DNA from: Adineta vaga
Lineage: Eukaryota > Animalia > Rotifera
DNA: 64,000 nt
Direction: 5' to 3'
NCBI GenBank assembly: GCA_021613535.1
Contig: CP075497.1
Coordinates: forward strand, 12,338,001-12,402,000
The notes beneath the pieces were generated by a model that was not told the origin of the DNA, did no database searches, and saw only the letters and a program-made list of their open reading frames with translations. The translations under genes were made by a program, and so were the position numbers. Positions 11,027 through 24,600 of this stretch are shown piece after piece; position 1 is the stretch's first letter, and each line of letters opens with the position of its first letter.

Positions 11027-11572
11027 GGTCGAAAAACTTAACTTAATTTTAAGTTAAATTAAAAAGCCCACGCTTGGTTGGAAATATATTAAAAACCTAT
11101 AGTGTGACAATCGCGCTTACATGCGCTCAGCAGCTACCGAAATTTATTTATTTGAGATTTATCCTGATTTATTTAAAAATCTCCGTACGTTTTCAAATAA
11201 ATATTGAGGGTGTGAGTTTAGACTGCAAATGAGGGTGAGTCTGAGAATAAATCCATATGAAATAAATAAATCTTGATAAATCCTGTAATAGAAATAAATC
11301 TTGGCAGAACCTCGCATCTCTTCCATCAAAAATTGTCGCATAGTTTTTATTTGACGATACGAAATCGTGTCTTTTTCATATGAAATAAAAATGAGAGGAA
11401 GCATAATAATGTGATTTAACAAGAGTATTACAGTCTACACAATGAAATATAAACTACATATCATTTTCCCATTTTTTTGAAATGTGCATCTGCTTTTTAC
11501 TTTTATTTTATAGAAACACTCGCTGCTATCTGTGTACTAAACACACGTAATAACTCATTTAACTCTCCGAAA

Positions 11573-12596
11573 ATGGTTGGCTTAGCTGTAGGTACAGTCG
11601 CAGTTGTGGCTAGTGGAGGTGTTTTTGGACCTGTCTTTGCGGCAGGCGCAAATGCTGCCATAACGACTGGTGCAAGTGTGGGAAGTGCCGGTGTAGTTGG
11701 AGGTGCAATGGTTGGAGCAGCTGCAGGAAGTGCAGGTGTTGCTACATTAGCAACAGCTGTAGGTGGTAAGTAGTTTATTCAAGAATACTACGTACTCTTT
11801 CTACGCATTCTTGGAAATTACATGATGACCCTTTATTCTATAAAACTATTTTATCCGGACTCAGATTTTGCTAGAAATTCTAGATGAAGTTGCCATTTTC
11901 AGACGAGGTATTTTTTGACAGAACAACTTTCTCTACAGTGAATAATACTATAAAAATGGAAGATTTAGAAAGATACTATAGCTAAATTAATAGTTTTCAA
12001 TTGATAAAAAAACACTACAGATCTGTAAGTCTGTATGTCATGAAACAATATTGTTGATTAAATACACTAAAAAATTGATCAGCAAATTAACTGCAATCAT
12101 TCATATCTTCGATCTTTTTTCAATCTCATATTCTCATTTAACTGTTTAATTGAAAGCGTCAATTATGCAAAACATCAAAAACAAAAAAATCAAATATGAA
12201 AAATGTAATTTTTCATGTTATATTTCAGATGCTACTACTGGAGCAGCGTCTGCTACAGCAATGACAAGTGCTGCAGCTGGTATTCTAACAGGTCCAGTTC
12301 TTTGGGTTGTTCTTGGCGCGGCTGAAGATCAATCATCTGGTTTATATAGATTCGATTGTTGGAAACAAGTTGTACACGATGATTCATGTGAACCATCGAA
12401 TGGACGATTACTAAAAGATATTATTACCGATTCATGTATCAAACAAGTATTGACAATATCAAACAATAACGAAGCCAACTTACTCAATTTGGTGATTGAA
12501 AATATTTGGAATGAACAATTTTTCATTGAATACATTTATTTGGAAAAAACAAAACAATCGGCTGCTCATGATACCAAAATTGAACAAGAAAAATAA
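11573..12596 (+). CDS. Gly/Ala-rich hydrophobic protein of unknown function; exons about 11573-11765 and 12229-12596
   Basis: GTAAG donor and TTTCAG acceptor join in frame; ~95-aa G/A/V/T-rich segment followed by globular FDCWKQVVHDDS..ENIWNEQF region. Confidence 0.7.
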
Positions 12597-13172
12597 CTTT
12601 CTGCTTATATATTATCTTGTTTGATTGTAGTTAATTACATTTTAATAAAGAAATTTGTTTTTAAAATATCACTAACAAAAGACTTGAGAAGTCTTCGTAA
12701 ATAACCTAATAATCTTTTTCAACTCAACATATTCAATAGAAATAACCTGGTTGAATTCTTATTATTACGTACAAACGATTGATATATTTAGAAAAAAATG
12801 TATTTTATTCCTAATGAAATGTGAAGTAAATAAAGGTAACTATCGTAAGGTGCTGATGTTTTTCTATTTGCATTCGATTTATTTGAAGCAATAACCGATA
12901 GAAATCGTTGACATATTTAAAAATTAATCAATCCTTGAGATTCTCGTTGTTATTGCTCATGCATACATATAGACTTTAAACTAACTACGTGCAAACGAAG
13001 ACAAATAGAAAAAAAAAGAAATGACCCGAGATTCTTTTTCTTTCTTATAAAAAAAAAGAATTTCATCTACACGTTGATAGTGTTCATTTCAATTGACAAA
13101 CAGCAACTGAACTTTTACAACACTTTGGAAGATTAGATAACATACAAACCATCGCTATGCATTAAACCGAAG

Positions 13173-14419
13173 ATGTCGAATACTTCCGTTAAATCTTTAT
13201 CATATATTCAAAATCAAAAATTAAGATTATCATCTGATATTGATTCTAAACGAATTCATTCATCATCAATTCCAATACCAATTCAATTATGTTTTCATTC
13301 AAATGAAAAACATGCATATGAAACAATGAAAAACATTTTCTCTTCACGTTCGAAATATTCATCGAATCTGTGTGATGAATTTGGTTGTAATATTCTTATG
13401 TATACACTTCGATATCAACGTTATAAATTATTTGATTATTTATTGAATGATATTCCATTAGATATTGATTTTCGTTCAAAAGATCGAGATGGAAATACAA
13501 TTCTTCATTATGCGATTGTTTATATTGAAAAAGAAAATATGGAAATTATGGAGAAATTAATCGAAAAAATGAAAAAATTTCGTATTGAAATTGATCAAAG
13601 AAATCATTTTGGATTTACACCGTTATTATTAGGTAAAATTTTCAAAGAATTCTTTTCTTTTATACAGATATTGATATATTTTCTAGGAATATATTGTGGT
13701 CGATATGATCTTGGTTTGATTCTTCTAACCAAAGCAGGTGCATCACCATTTGTTCGAGATTTTATTCAATTGAAAAGTATTCTTGATTATATTGAATTCG
13801 ATAGAGAATCTTGTCATCAACATCATACAATGTATGTAAATTCGTTCTAATAAGAAAAGATTAGTTGAAGTTGATTTGATTTCATAGTCGTCCATATTCT
13901 AGTCCAATAAATCGTGAATCCATTCGTTTACGTCTTCAAATTCATCAGATTTTTCCATCTCGTTCCGAAACTTCGTCTTATTCTTATAAAAATTTTTTCG
14001 AAAATCTTTTCCCACAATCTGTACATGATCATTCCGGATCAATTCGTAAATCTATTCTAGCAATATTTCATACAAATGATTCATCATCAAATCTATCATA
14101 TTTCATTCATCATCTAAATCAACGATATCCAACAGTAAAGATTCAAGAAAAACTTCAAAATATAAAAACCAAACAATATGGTAGTGAATATGAAAATTCC
14201 AAAACAAATCTTCATACGATTTTTAAACTATTTGATCCAGATTTAAGACCTAAAGCAATATCATCGAAAGACAGACCAATACATCGTATTATGTCACATG
14301 GAAAAACATCAGGTCCATTCAAACGTTTAGGAACGAAATTAGCAATATTAAATTCTCATTTTCGACATGATTATCACTCGAAAGTTCATCATTTAGCTGT
14401 ACCTGCTACTATTAAATAA
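13173..14419 (+). CDS. Ankyrin-repeat protein; exons about 13173-13632, 13689-13831, 13888-14419
   Basis: DEFGCNILMY, DRDGNTILHYAI, NHFGFTPLLLG ankyrin motifs; spliced frame open to TAA at 14417-14419. Confidence 0.85.
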
Positions 14420-15251
14420 CATATTATCATTAATACAAAATTTTACTGAATAAAATGGTTATTACATAATCGTAGTATCGTATGAAATCTAAATATTGCC
14501 CGAGAATTCAATTCATTTCTTGATAATATCAATACTAATAGTCACAATCTCGAAAAGAAAATAATTCTTTAAAAAATTGCTTATTATCATGAATTTTCTT
14601 TGTATTTGAAATGAATAAATTTGATTCCTTTTTTTTTTCGTTCATTCATTCTTCGTCTGAACATATACGTTAATTTGTATGGAGGAGTCCTTTTAACCTT
14701 TCCTGTTTCTTCTTAATTACTTATATACATATATGTATATATACATATCACACTGATTAATTCAAATAAGTTCGCCCTGGACATTTAGGCCATGAGAAAA
14801 ATGCACTCGTGATGTCATTCTTTCGACCATATTTTCCTCTCGAATTCGAATCGTCAAGTGCAAATAGAAAATATATAATCTATATAGTGTATATCTCTGT
14901 AAAATCGTGTCCGTTCTGCCCTATGATGAATCATATATTCAGTTCGTAGACGACCGTTTTTATTTAACGTTACGGTTTTCTCACCCTCCCTCCCTCACTT
15001 TTGTTATCCATAGATATATCATCATTTTACCTTTAACTCGACGCTCGATCACACCCAGCGGCGGTGACGAGTTGTCTATGCTTATTGAATCCAATCTAAT
15101 CTTTCTTGTTTATCTTCGCTTTTGAAAGAACGATCTTGTGAAGTAAAACCAACTAACATTTGTTTACGTTTGCCAATTTCCAGTCTCGATCAGAGTAAAT
15201 ATTTTCTTTTAAATTCAATAAAAACGATTTGATTTCTTAGAATATTTAGTT

Positions 15252-17368
15252 ATGCATTCAATGAACTCCTCACATCGTACATCCGGAGATATTCCGTCGT
15301 CGATGTCTTTGAGAGAAACACATATTGTAAGTGATTCATTTTGTTTTGAATCTTTTAAAATCATTTCTTTGTCTTAGTATGATATCAACAATCTGTCGGA
15401 CAAGGACAAGTTCAAATTGCTATCAGCAAAAGCTTTAGATTATGTTTGTAAACTTGCATTTTTTTCTTAAGTTAAATCATTATTTTTATTAATAGATTGA
15501 TCAGCATTGTGCCGTATCGATTCGTCTTGATGGAATTTATATTCCAACAGAAGTCAGGCAATTACTCGATCATAAACGTCCACTTCATTTAAATGTAACA
15601 ACCCAAGATGCATTTTCATTTGAAAGTAAATTTGTCTTTTTTTCAAATAAAGAAAAATTGAATAAATTAATTCTTTTGTTTTTTTCTTCAAAGCATTTAA
15701 ACGATGTGTGACAACATTTTTATCAAGAGAACGAGAATTTGATGAAAATAGTCTCGGACAAGGAAATTGGAATATTGTTGAACAAGGGGTAAATGAATTT
15801 TCAATTGAAAATCTCTTTGAAATAATCGATTTTAGTATCAAACAACAGTTATTACTGGATATATTTTTGATGGAATTAAAGGTTATAATGTACCGAATTA
15901 TGTCTTTGAAAATTTGGTAAAGAAAAGAAAAATATTTCGGAAGAAAATTTTGATCTGATGAAGAATTTTTTTTAGGGTTATTTTATTCGATGTCTTCGTC
16001 ATCAATATCGATGTTTAGTTACACTTTCATGTGAATCCCCTGTGGTGAAATTATCCTCGAAAATAACAGTGGCAATAACGTAAATTTTCTAAATTGAAAT
16101 ATTTCTCTTCTAATTTGAATTTCTTTAGACATGAATCACCAATAATTCGTCATCTTGCTGCAACTTATATGCAAAAATCGATGATGTCTGCTGTAACACA
16201 ATGTGAAATGTATCATGTCAATCTTATTTTACATCAAAGTAATTTCTTTTCTTTTATTTTCTAAATTAAACTTTCATGATTCCATTAAGATATTTCACCA
16301 TCGATTGGAACACCACCTCGATTAATTCAACCACCTGTTCTAAACGATGCACGTCTTATTCTTCCAACATTAACACAAAATTCAAGCAATAAATGGGATA
16401 CAATTTCATTATCGGATGGTATTCTTTCTATCTTTTTTTTAGAAAATATTCTTTGAATTTCTAAAATTAGGTGTACCAATCTGTGATGATCCATTGAATC
16501 TTAATGATATACTTCAATCAGTTGCACCAGCAACTTTTGGATCAAGTTCAATACGTAAATCAGAAGATTTTCTTTTTGTATTTAAATTTTTTAAAATCTA
16601 TTTGTAGAATCAACACCATCTGTTAGTCATCCAGCGATGACACGTCAATATCCATCTTCATCTATCCAACATAATCTTACAGTTAGTTGAGATTTTATCT
16701 AATCTTTTTATTTATAGAATGTTTTCTTTTCAGAATACTTTTGATCAATTAAAACTTGATGATTGCCGTTTAAATCAACGTTTTCTATCGAATAGTAATG
16801 AAACCACTAGTCCAACGGGTACAAGTACTGGTATTGATGATTATTCACATGATGTTCGTCAACGACGTGCACCGGTTGATCATGCATCACAATTAGGAGC
16901 AATATCTGATGTAACTGATGAAGAGGAAGGGTAAGAACATCATTTATTTCGAAGTTGTTTTTTTCTAAGAAAAGAATCTTTGTTTTTCTTTTGTTCAGTG
17001 CGGCTTGGTGTGTTGATCAACGTCCATTTCATACGCAAATTCGTACACTTCAACATCGTTTTTATTCGTATGGTATTCGTGTTGGTGAAGAATATTCTCG
17101 AATAACATCAATATTAAATATTCCACCATTAATATCAATAACTGAAACAGCTCGTGAGAGAAAGATTGGTTCGAAAAAGCAATGGTATTTTTCGCTTTTA
17201 CTCGATGGACATTTGATGTTAGCTTATGTTTGGGATTCGAAAAAGAATGATGCAAAACGACGTGCTTACGATACAATGGTACATCTTCTTAATACAACAC
17301 ATGATTTTGCAATAAAACCAGTGAAAAATAACAAATGGAAAGTTGTGAAAGCAACTCGACAACGTTAA
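15252..17368 (+). CDS. Multi-exon orphan protein with a possible C-terminal dsRBD-like fold
   Basis: More than ten short exons joined by GT-AG introns; last exon encodes YFSLLLDGHLMLAYVWDSKKNDAKRRAYDTMVHLL. Confidence 0.65.
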
Positions 17369-20226
17369 AAACTTTGCCTTTTTTTTCTTTTATGTTCGCT
17401 CTTCTTTTATTTATTTACTACAAAAAAAACCCTCCCGTATTGAAAAAATAAAACTAAGAAAAACTTGATCTATCATTTATTATTATTAATAACGCCATTC
17501 TTTCAAATGATACAGCGCCGATTTTTTTATGTTCTTTTAATTACAAATCTCGTGAAAAATGAATAAGTAACTTCGATTTCAAATGATTAGAAAGTGAGAA
17601 GTTCTCGGAAGGAAAATTGATCTGTTGGTAGGAAGATCGCATGTTTTGAACGCGTAAAAGCAAACGATTTGATTCTATTCGTGCTTAATAATCTTTCACA
17701 TGTCTATTTCCATATTCTCGAGATAAACATCGTCTTTTTTCCCATGTCGAGTATTCAAAGGATTAGTTCTTTCCAAAAAAAATAAGATTTCAAATTTGAT
17801 CAAAATAGATTCATAGAAAAACCTCACAACAAATAGATCTTTTCCAAGCACGTCAATCGTACGTGCAAGGGACATATTGGATTGACGAATAATGTTGATG
17901 ACAATCTTTGCTTTTTGTTTCAAACATAATGAAGAAAGAATAGAATTAATGACGAAGGAGATATCACGTTTTTCTTCCTCAAGAGTATCAGATGAAATAG
18001 AACAGCTGCTTCCAACTCCCATAATGTACATATCTAACCTTGAAAATTGACTTTTTTCTTTTTCTTTTTACATTTTTCTTTTAGAATAAACGCAATGAAT
18101 TGGAAAGATAGTTGTATTTCTATTAATAAATGAATACTATTCGTTCTTATTCGCCAAATAATCTCTTTTCTCATTCTTTATTGTAGCTGCTTCTTTAGTT
18201 AGATGCAGTGTCTATTTGTCTGTAAGTGCATATCTCTTTTTTTTCTCTTCTTCGTCTAGTAGTTTTTCTTATTCACTACTGATGCTAATGATATTCTCTT
18301 TGGCATCATCATCTCTCTTATCTTCTAGCGTTGCCTGTTCGATGATGGTCGTCGTCGTCGTGGAGAACACTGCGCGCCGATGAGAGCAGTAGCAGGCTAA
18401 TCACATTAATGAAGAAGAAATTCTATCATCGTACTAGTGCTGCCCGCCCATTCATTCGTCCGCCTGCCTCGCTTGCTGACAAGGGAAGAAGAAACGAAGA
18501 AAGGAAAAAAAATGCAGAAAGACGGTATCAAACCAGTGTCTGCAAAAGAAAGAGAAAAGGAAAGGATAGCTCGTCGTCGGCAGCTGTTACTCGACCGACA
18601 AGCAATGTGAACTACTATCTACTCTATTACACGGAAAGAGAAAAAAATGAAGAATAGGACAAAAAATTGCCAGAAGTAAACGAGCGAACGCACTAATAGT
18701 TCATAGAAAAAGCATTGCTTATTGGTGGAGTATAAAGAAAGAAGGAAAGAAAGAATTTTCTGCACAAAAAAAGTTTTACAAGTATCAAAGGAGAATGCTT
18801 TTTCCTTTCTTCTCTATCTAGTGTATAGAAGAAGAGTAGACGACGACACACAACACAATAACAACAACAATATTAGTTCTCCCCTATTGCCTATAGTAAG
18901 AGAAAAAAAACGGGGCAAGAGCAATTCCCTTTTCTTTCTCTTCGTTCTCTCTTCATCTCTTTTTCCATTCTTTGATTAAAAAGCATCAACAATATATTTA
19001 GTTCATTATGAGAAAAATTGAGATTTTGCTTTTTTTAGAAAAAGTATTTTATTGAATTTAATCCTAACAAATTATGTTCGTTTATTTCAAAACATAACTG
19101 GTATGATAAAAAAAAGAAATATTAAATCAATCTGATTATTTTGTTTATTCATTCTATTAAATGTCTAGTTTTTTCAATAGCAATTAATCTAGTCTAATTC
19201 TATCGTTATACAATCATTTATACTTCATCAATTCAATATAATTCCAGGTAAATCGATTTTCATATACATAACAATATGTTCTCGAGTTCATTGTTTTCTC
19301 ATTGAAATGATTGGTTATACTCTAATAAATTAATGAGTATTAAATACTCTTTTTTTTCTTCTTCTTCTTCTTCTCTCTATATTCTGAGAAGAATGTTTAG
19401 GGTTTCCATGGTGGTTCTAGGCTTGTTTTTTCTTTCTAGAACAGTGATAGTTCCAGAAGAGAGGATAGAAAACGCTGAGTGTAGAGTTTGTTCGACAGTA
19501 AATAATAAAAAAAAGAACAGGAAAAAGAACGCCAAGAACTCAAGCAAGGGAAATGAAGAGAAAAGGAAGAAGAAAAGCTGAATACGCGGTTGTTTGAAGG
19601 GTAAAAAACGGGAATGTTCCATCGGGTTAACATATAACGGAAACATTTCAAGAAAATGAGTTAACTATACGCGAACGTTCTTACACCGTATGAGTTTTCT
19701 TTTTCTGTTCGTATTCAAAATTATCCTATCAACAGAAAAAGAATATTAAATAACTAAATATGGTGAGTAGAGAATATAAAAAAGAAACAGAGAGAATGAA
19801 TAAAGAAAATGTTTCTGTTCTTGCTCAACATATCTGTCAAATCATATAACTATATATACAAAGCACGCATATGAATCTTTGATTCTTTTTTTTTTCTTGT
19901 TAGTAGCACCACCAGTGTATCTGTATGAGAGAAGAAGATATGTTTAATTCTTTGTTCAAAGATTGAAAAATTCGTCCTTAAATTCTAATCTAACATTTCT
20001 TTAGTCGAAAATTTTCTTCCGGAAACGTAGCTTGTTCGACTTCTGACGCCGGTAATTGCTATCCGGATCCGCTTTTCTCTCTGTTTCTCTCCTATAAGAT
20101 GTGATGTATTCAATGCAGTAAAATCGTCTATCAAAGATAAACTATTTATTCGCATAGAAAATCAAAATTTTAATTTGTCGATTTTCTTTCGCTTTTTAGT
20201 TTCGTAAAAAGTTACTTCCATCAAGT

Positions 20227-21699
20227 ATGGGTCTTTGTGCGTCTGGCATGAGCTCGGAAGAGCGTGAAGCCATGGAACGAAGTAAAGCCTTAGATAAACA
20301 ATTAAAAGAAGATGCAGAACGAGCTGCTAAAGATGTTAAATTACTATTGCTCGGTAAGTTGTTTTCTTCCTCTTGAGAAATAAGATCATCTATATGTTAA
20401 AACGAAAATAAAAGGTGCTGGTGAATCGGGTAAATCAACAATTTTAAAACAAATGAAAATTATTCATATGGATGGATATTCCAAAGAAGATTTTGAACAA
20501 TATCGCGAAGTTGTTTATTCAAATACCATTCAATCCTTAGCAACAATTATTCGAGCTATGGAAACATTAAATATTCAATTTGGTTCAACTGATCGAGAAC
20601 GAGATGCGGCGATGGGTAGAATATTTTCGTTTTATTTTCAATTGAAATGTATATATTTGTGATTTAGTATTGGATAAAATCTCTCGTATGGCCGATACGG
20701 AACCATTTGAAAGTGAATTACTTGATGCAATGAAGAAATTATGGAATGATAATGGTGTTCAAACATGTTTTAATCGTTCAAATGAATATCAATTAAACGA
20801 TTCAGCAAAATATTTCTTAGATAAATTAGATGAAATTGGTTCACCACAATATTTACCAAGTACACAAGATATTCTTCGTACTCGTGTTAAAACAACTGGA
20901 ATTGTGGAAATTAATTTTACATTTAAAGGTTTATAAAAAAAAAGAACAAGAAGTTTTCTCTTCAATGAAAATTTTGTATTTTTAGATTTGAATTTTCGTG
21001 TATTTGATGTGGGTGGTCAACGATCCGAACGAAAGAAATGGATTCATTGTTTCGAAGATGTCACAGCTATTATCTTTATCGTTGCTTTAAGTGAATATGA
21101 TCAAGTAAGAATTGGTGGTTGTTTTGTTTTCAATAATGATTTGATTAAATCTTGTTTTTGTTAAGGTTCTTGTCGAAGATGAAACAACTAATCGTATGCA
21201 TGAATCTCTTCGTTTATTTGACTCAATTTGTAATAATAAATGGTTTGTTAATACGTCGATTATTCTCTTTTTGAATAAAAAAGATTTATTTGCTGAGAAA
21301 ATTACAAGATCAAGTTTGGTGTAAGTTCAAAGATTTGATTTCGAATCAAAGAAGTTTATCTTATGTTCAATTTGTCTTCAATAGAAAATGTTTTCCCGAA
21401 TATCAAGGCAAAGATGATTATACCGAAGCGAGCGAATATATTCAAGCTCAATTTGTTGCACAAAACAAAAGCGAACAAAAAGTTTGTTTTTTTTTCTTTC
21501 AAAAGATTCATAAAAATCATTTCGTTTTTCTTAGGAAATTTATTGTCATTTAACTTGTGCCACAGATACTCAGAACGTGCAATTTGTCTTGTAAGAAAAA
21601 ATTTCATTGGATAATAATATTCTTATTGAGTTTTATTCTAGTGATGCGGTTACTGATGTTATCATAACGAATAATCTTCGGGCGAGTGGACTTTATTAA
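20227..21699 (+). CDS. Heterotrimeric G protein alpha subunit, Go/Gi class, multi-exon
   Basis: MGLCAS start, [40 protein letters not shown]-terminus [14 protein letters not shown]. Confidence 0.95.
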
Positions 21700-24600
21700 C
21701 AAAAAAACAAATGAATGACGAAAAATATTTGTTTCGTTTTTTTTTTAAAAGAGAAAAAAACAGTTTTTATTGCGTACATCCAGATACAAAGTATCGCCCG
21801 CCGCTCAGCTTCTTGTCTCTTTTTATTTTCTAAACTTTATTTGTCAAGTTCGACAAGCGCCGGTCGATATCATTTCAATTTTAATTCTTTTTTCTTGTTT
21901 TATTCAACATATTTTGATCTATCTAGAGTGTGACTAGTCAAGTGTTTTCATTAAAGACGGCTTTTCTCTGTTGCTGTCGTGTGTGTGGTGTATTTTCTTT
22001 TTTTTCTAATTTTCTTTCTTCTGGCTGCTTGTCGTCATTGTTATTTGGATGTTGTTGCCAATTTGACTTATATTACTTCTAATACGCGTTTTCTTTTCAT
22101 TTTCTGTAAATGTACGTGTGCTTCGTTTCTCTCGCAATCATTTCACTATTTTTTATTGTATTCTTCGCTATTTTAAATGTCTCTGTTTTCTTTCTTTCGT
22201 AAAAAATAACATCGAGAGCCAGAGTTCAGAGAATATGACGATAATGGGTTCATTTCTTCATCTCATTTTTCATATTTAGTTGCAAAGTTTACAACAAAAT
22301 CGTTGAAATTTAACAATAGTAACGCGTGGTTTCATAGTTTCAATATTATCTCTTGACAATATATAGAATTTAGTGTCTTCTCTTACTTCATTTCAAGTAG
22401 ATTTAGGTTTTCGACGAAAGATCAGCTTCGCGTATCTTGAACAAAATCAAAAAGATCTTACTCTTTCATACTTTTCAGTAAACGTACGAGCCTAAATAAA
22501 TATCAGCTAAGACGATAAACAAGATACAATTAGAGAACTTGACATTTCTTGAGTTAAATCCTCCCGTTCGTAGTGTGATAGTCTCATCAGCTTCGTCATG
22601 TGTCTTATTATTTATATTATCGAGTTTCACAGAGATTGATGAAGAAAAAACCTATAGAAATTATCACATCAACTGATGAGAGATAAAGAGAATTTCCAAG
22701 AAGAGGTGTGAAGAAAAGTCTAATCTATTTTTAAATGATTCTACAATCGATCAAATTCAACTAGAGCTCTATTCTCGAAAAAATATTGTTACATCGTAAT
22801 CCTCGGATTTTCCGTTTTGATTTTCTGGAACATGATTGAGCTTAAAAATCAGGTACGTAACACTATCAGTCAGTGCGATAAAATGAGAAGACTCTTGATA
22901 ACATATATAATGTAAATAGTATCACACACTATTCTGTTGATGATGATATTTTACCTTTAGTGATTGCGTTTTTACATCATTAAGTGGAACATCAGGATAT
23001 TTGTTTTCTTAAAATGACAGAAACACTCATTGTGTTTACTATTTCGTAGTGTGATACTTAGACGGTTCTAAATGATCTCGAGAGTCCAGACAAGGATAAT
23101 AGCTTTTGAAGATATTTGGTTTTGACAATTATTTCTCGATTGTTTGCTGTTCGTAGTATACTTATATGAATATTGTGAAGAAGGAATTAAAAATTTACTC
23201 TATTCTTTTTGATACTTCATACACAAAAGAAAATGAAATATTATCATTATCATTAATCATTTAATATATTTTGTCCAGTAATATCATCTTACTCAACCTA
23301 TGTCATGAAATTTGTCGTTCATATCAAAACAAATCATGTTCTGATAAGAGTCTTGACTTTGAATGAACTATCTCTTCTCAATATTGACTGAAAGTCTATC
23401 ACTGATTACTAATAACGACGAAATTAAATCTGCTTCTCTGTCTGCAGATCATGTGGGTGGAGATGACATTCTTCATCTTTCTTTTGCCTCAAGAGATTGA
23501 CCTGTCCAGATCGATGACATATCTCTCGTCTTTTCCTGCGAGAATCATTGACACATAAGTCATTTTTTCTTCTTCTTCAATCGTCTATCCTCTTTTTAAA
23601 AGTCTATCTAATCTATATTTGACACCATCCAGCTGTTCATTCGTAATTCAATGTCTGTATACCTTTCTGATTAACTAATTATCACGTTTATCATCTTTCG
23701 TCTAATGTGTGAACGATTGTTTAGTAAAATAAATTCTTTTCCTGCTGAGAATATTTTTCACACTTTGTCAATAAATCGATGTTGAAGACGATGGTCAATT
23801 CATTGAATGGGAAAGTCTTTTCTTCTTTTTTGATCTAATCAAAAGTGCAATGTATGAAGAGCTCTGCTATGTTGGTGTCAACATAGACAAAGACAATTTC
23901 CTGGTTTTAGTCATTGCATAGAATATAAAATGAATCTCATTTATGGACATTGTATGTTCTTTTTTAACAATGAATGACTCTCAAGAGAGAGAGAGAAAGA
24001 AAAGAATGACCTCTCTTTCTCTCTTTTATATTCTGTCTCTTCATTTTCTGTTATAAAACATTGACTAGCATGTATTTGATGTGTTTAAGTATTGAACATA
24101 CAGGTGGTTTATATTGATTTGAATAAAGAGAAAAAGGTGGGATTTTCTTCTTCAAAGAAATCAAATTTACATACGGTATGATTTTAATTCAATATTTAAC
24201 AAACACTTAATACATTCATTTAAAAAATGAACTTTTTCTTCTCGATAGAGAATATTATATGAATTTCTCCACCCTCTGTGAGATATACAAACATGAACAT
24301 ATGTTCTAAGGAAAGATTAGACGTTTCTGTTCATCAACAGAACAGACTTGGTCTGCACGATATTTGTATATACACATATGAAGAATAACTTCTAATTTGG
24401 CATTATACAAAAAGAAAAGATCATTTTACATGTCTCTGTAGGTGTCCATGTTTTTTCAACTTTTTCAACAACTATTTTGAGAAAAGACCGTGTCAATTAA
24501 AATGACCTCTTTTGTTTGTCTTCGTATTGACCTTCTCTTCCTATCTCCCTCTCTCTCCCTTTGCGTGTGTGTGAATAATGAATACGACGAGTCTAATTCT

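Noticed and set aside
11204-11240. TGAGGG telomere-like hexamers (also near 14990 and 47917)
   Set aside because: Isolated copies, not a tandem array; compatible with chance
17400-20200. Many short ORFs upstream of the G-alpha gene
   Set aside because: Low-complexity A/G- and T/C-rich sequence; better explained as promoter, 5' UTR exon (donor near 19248) and intron
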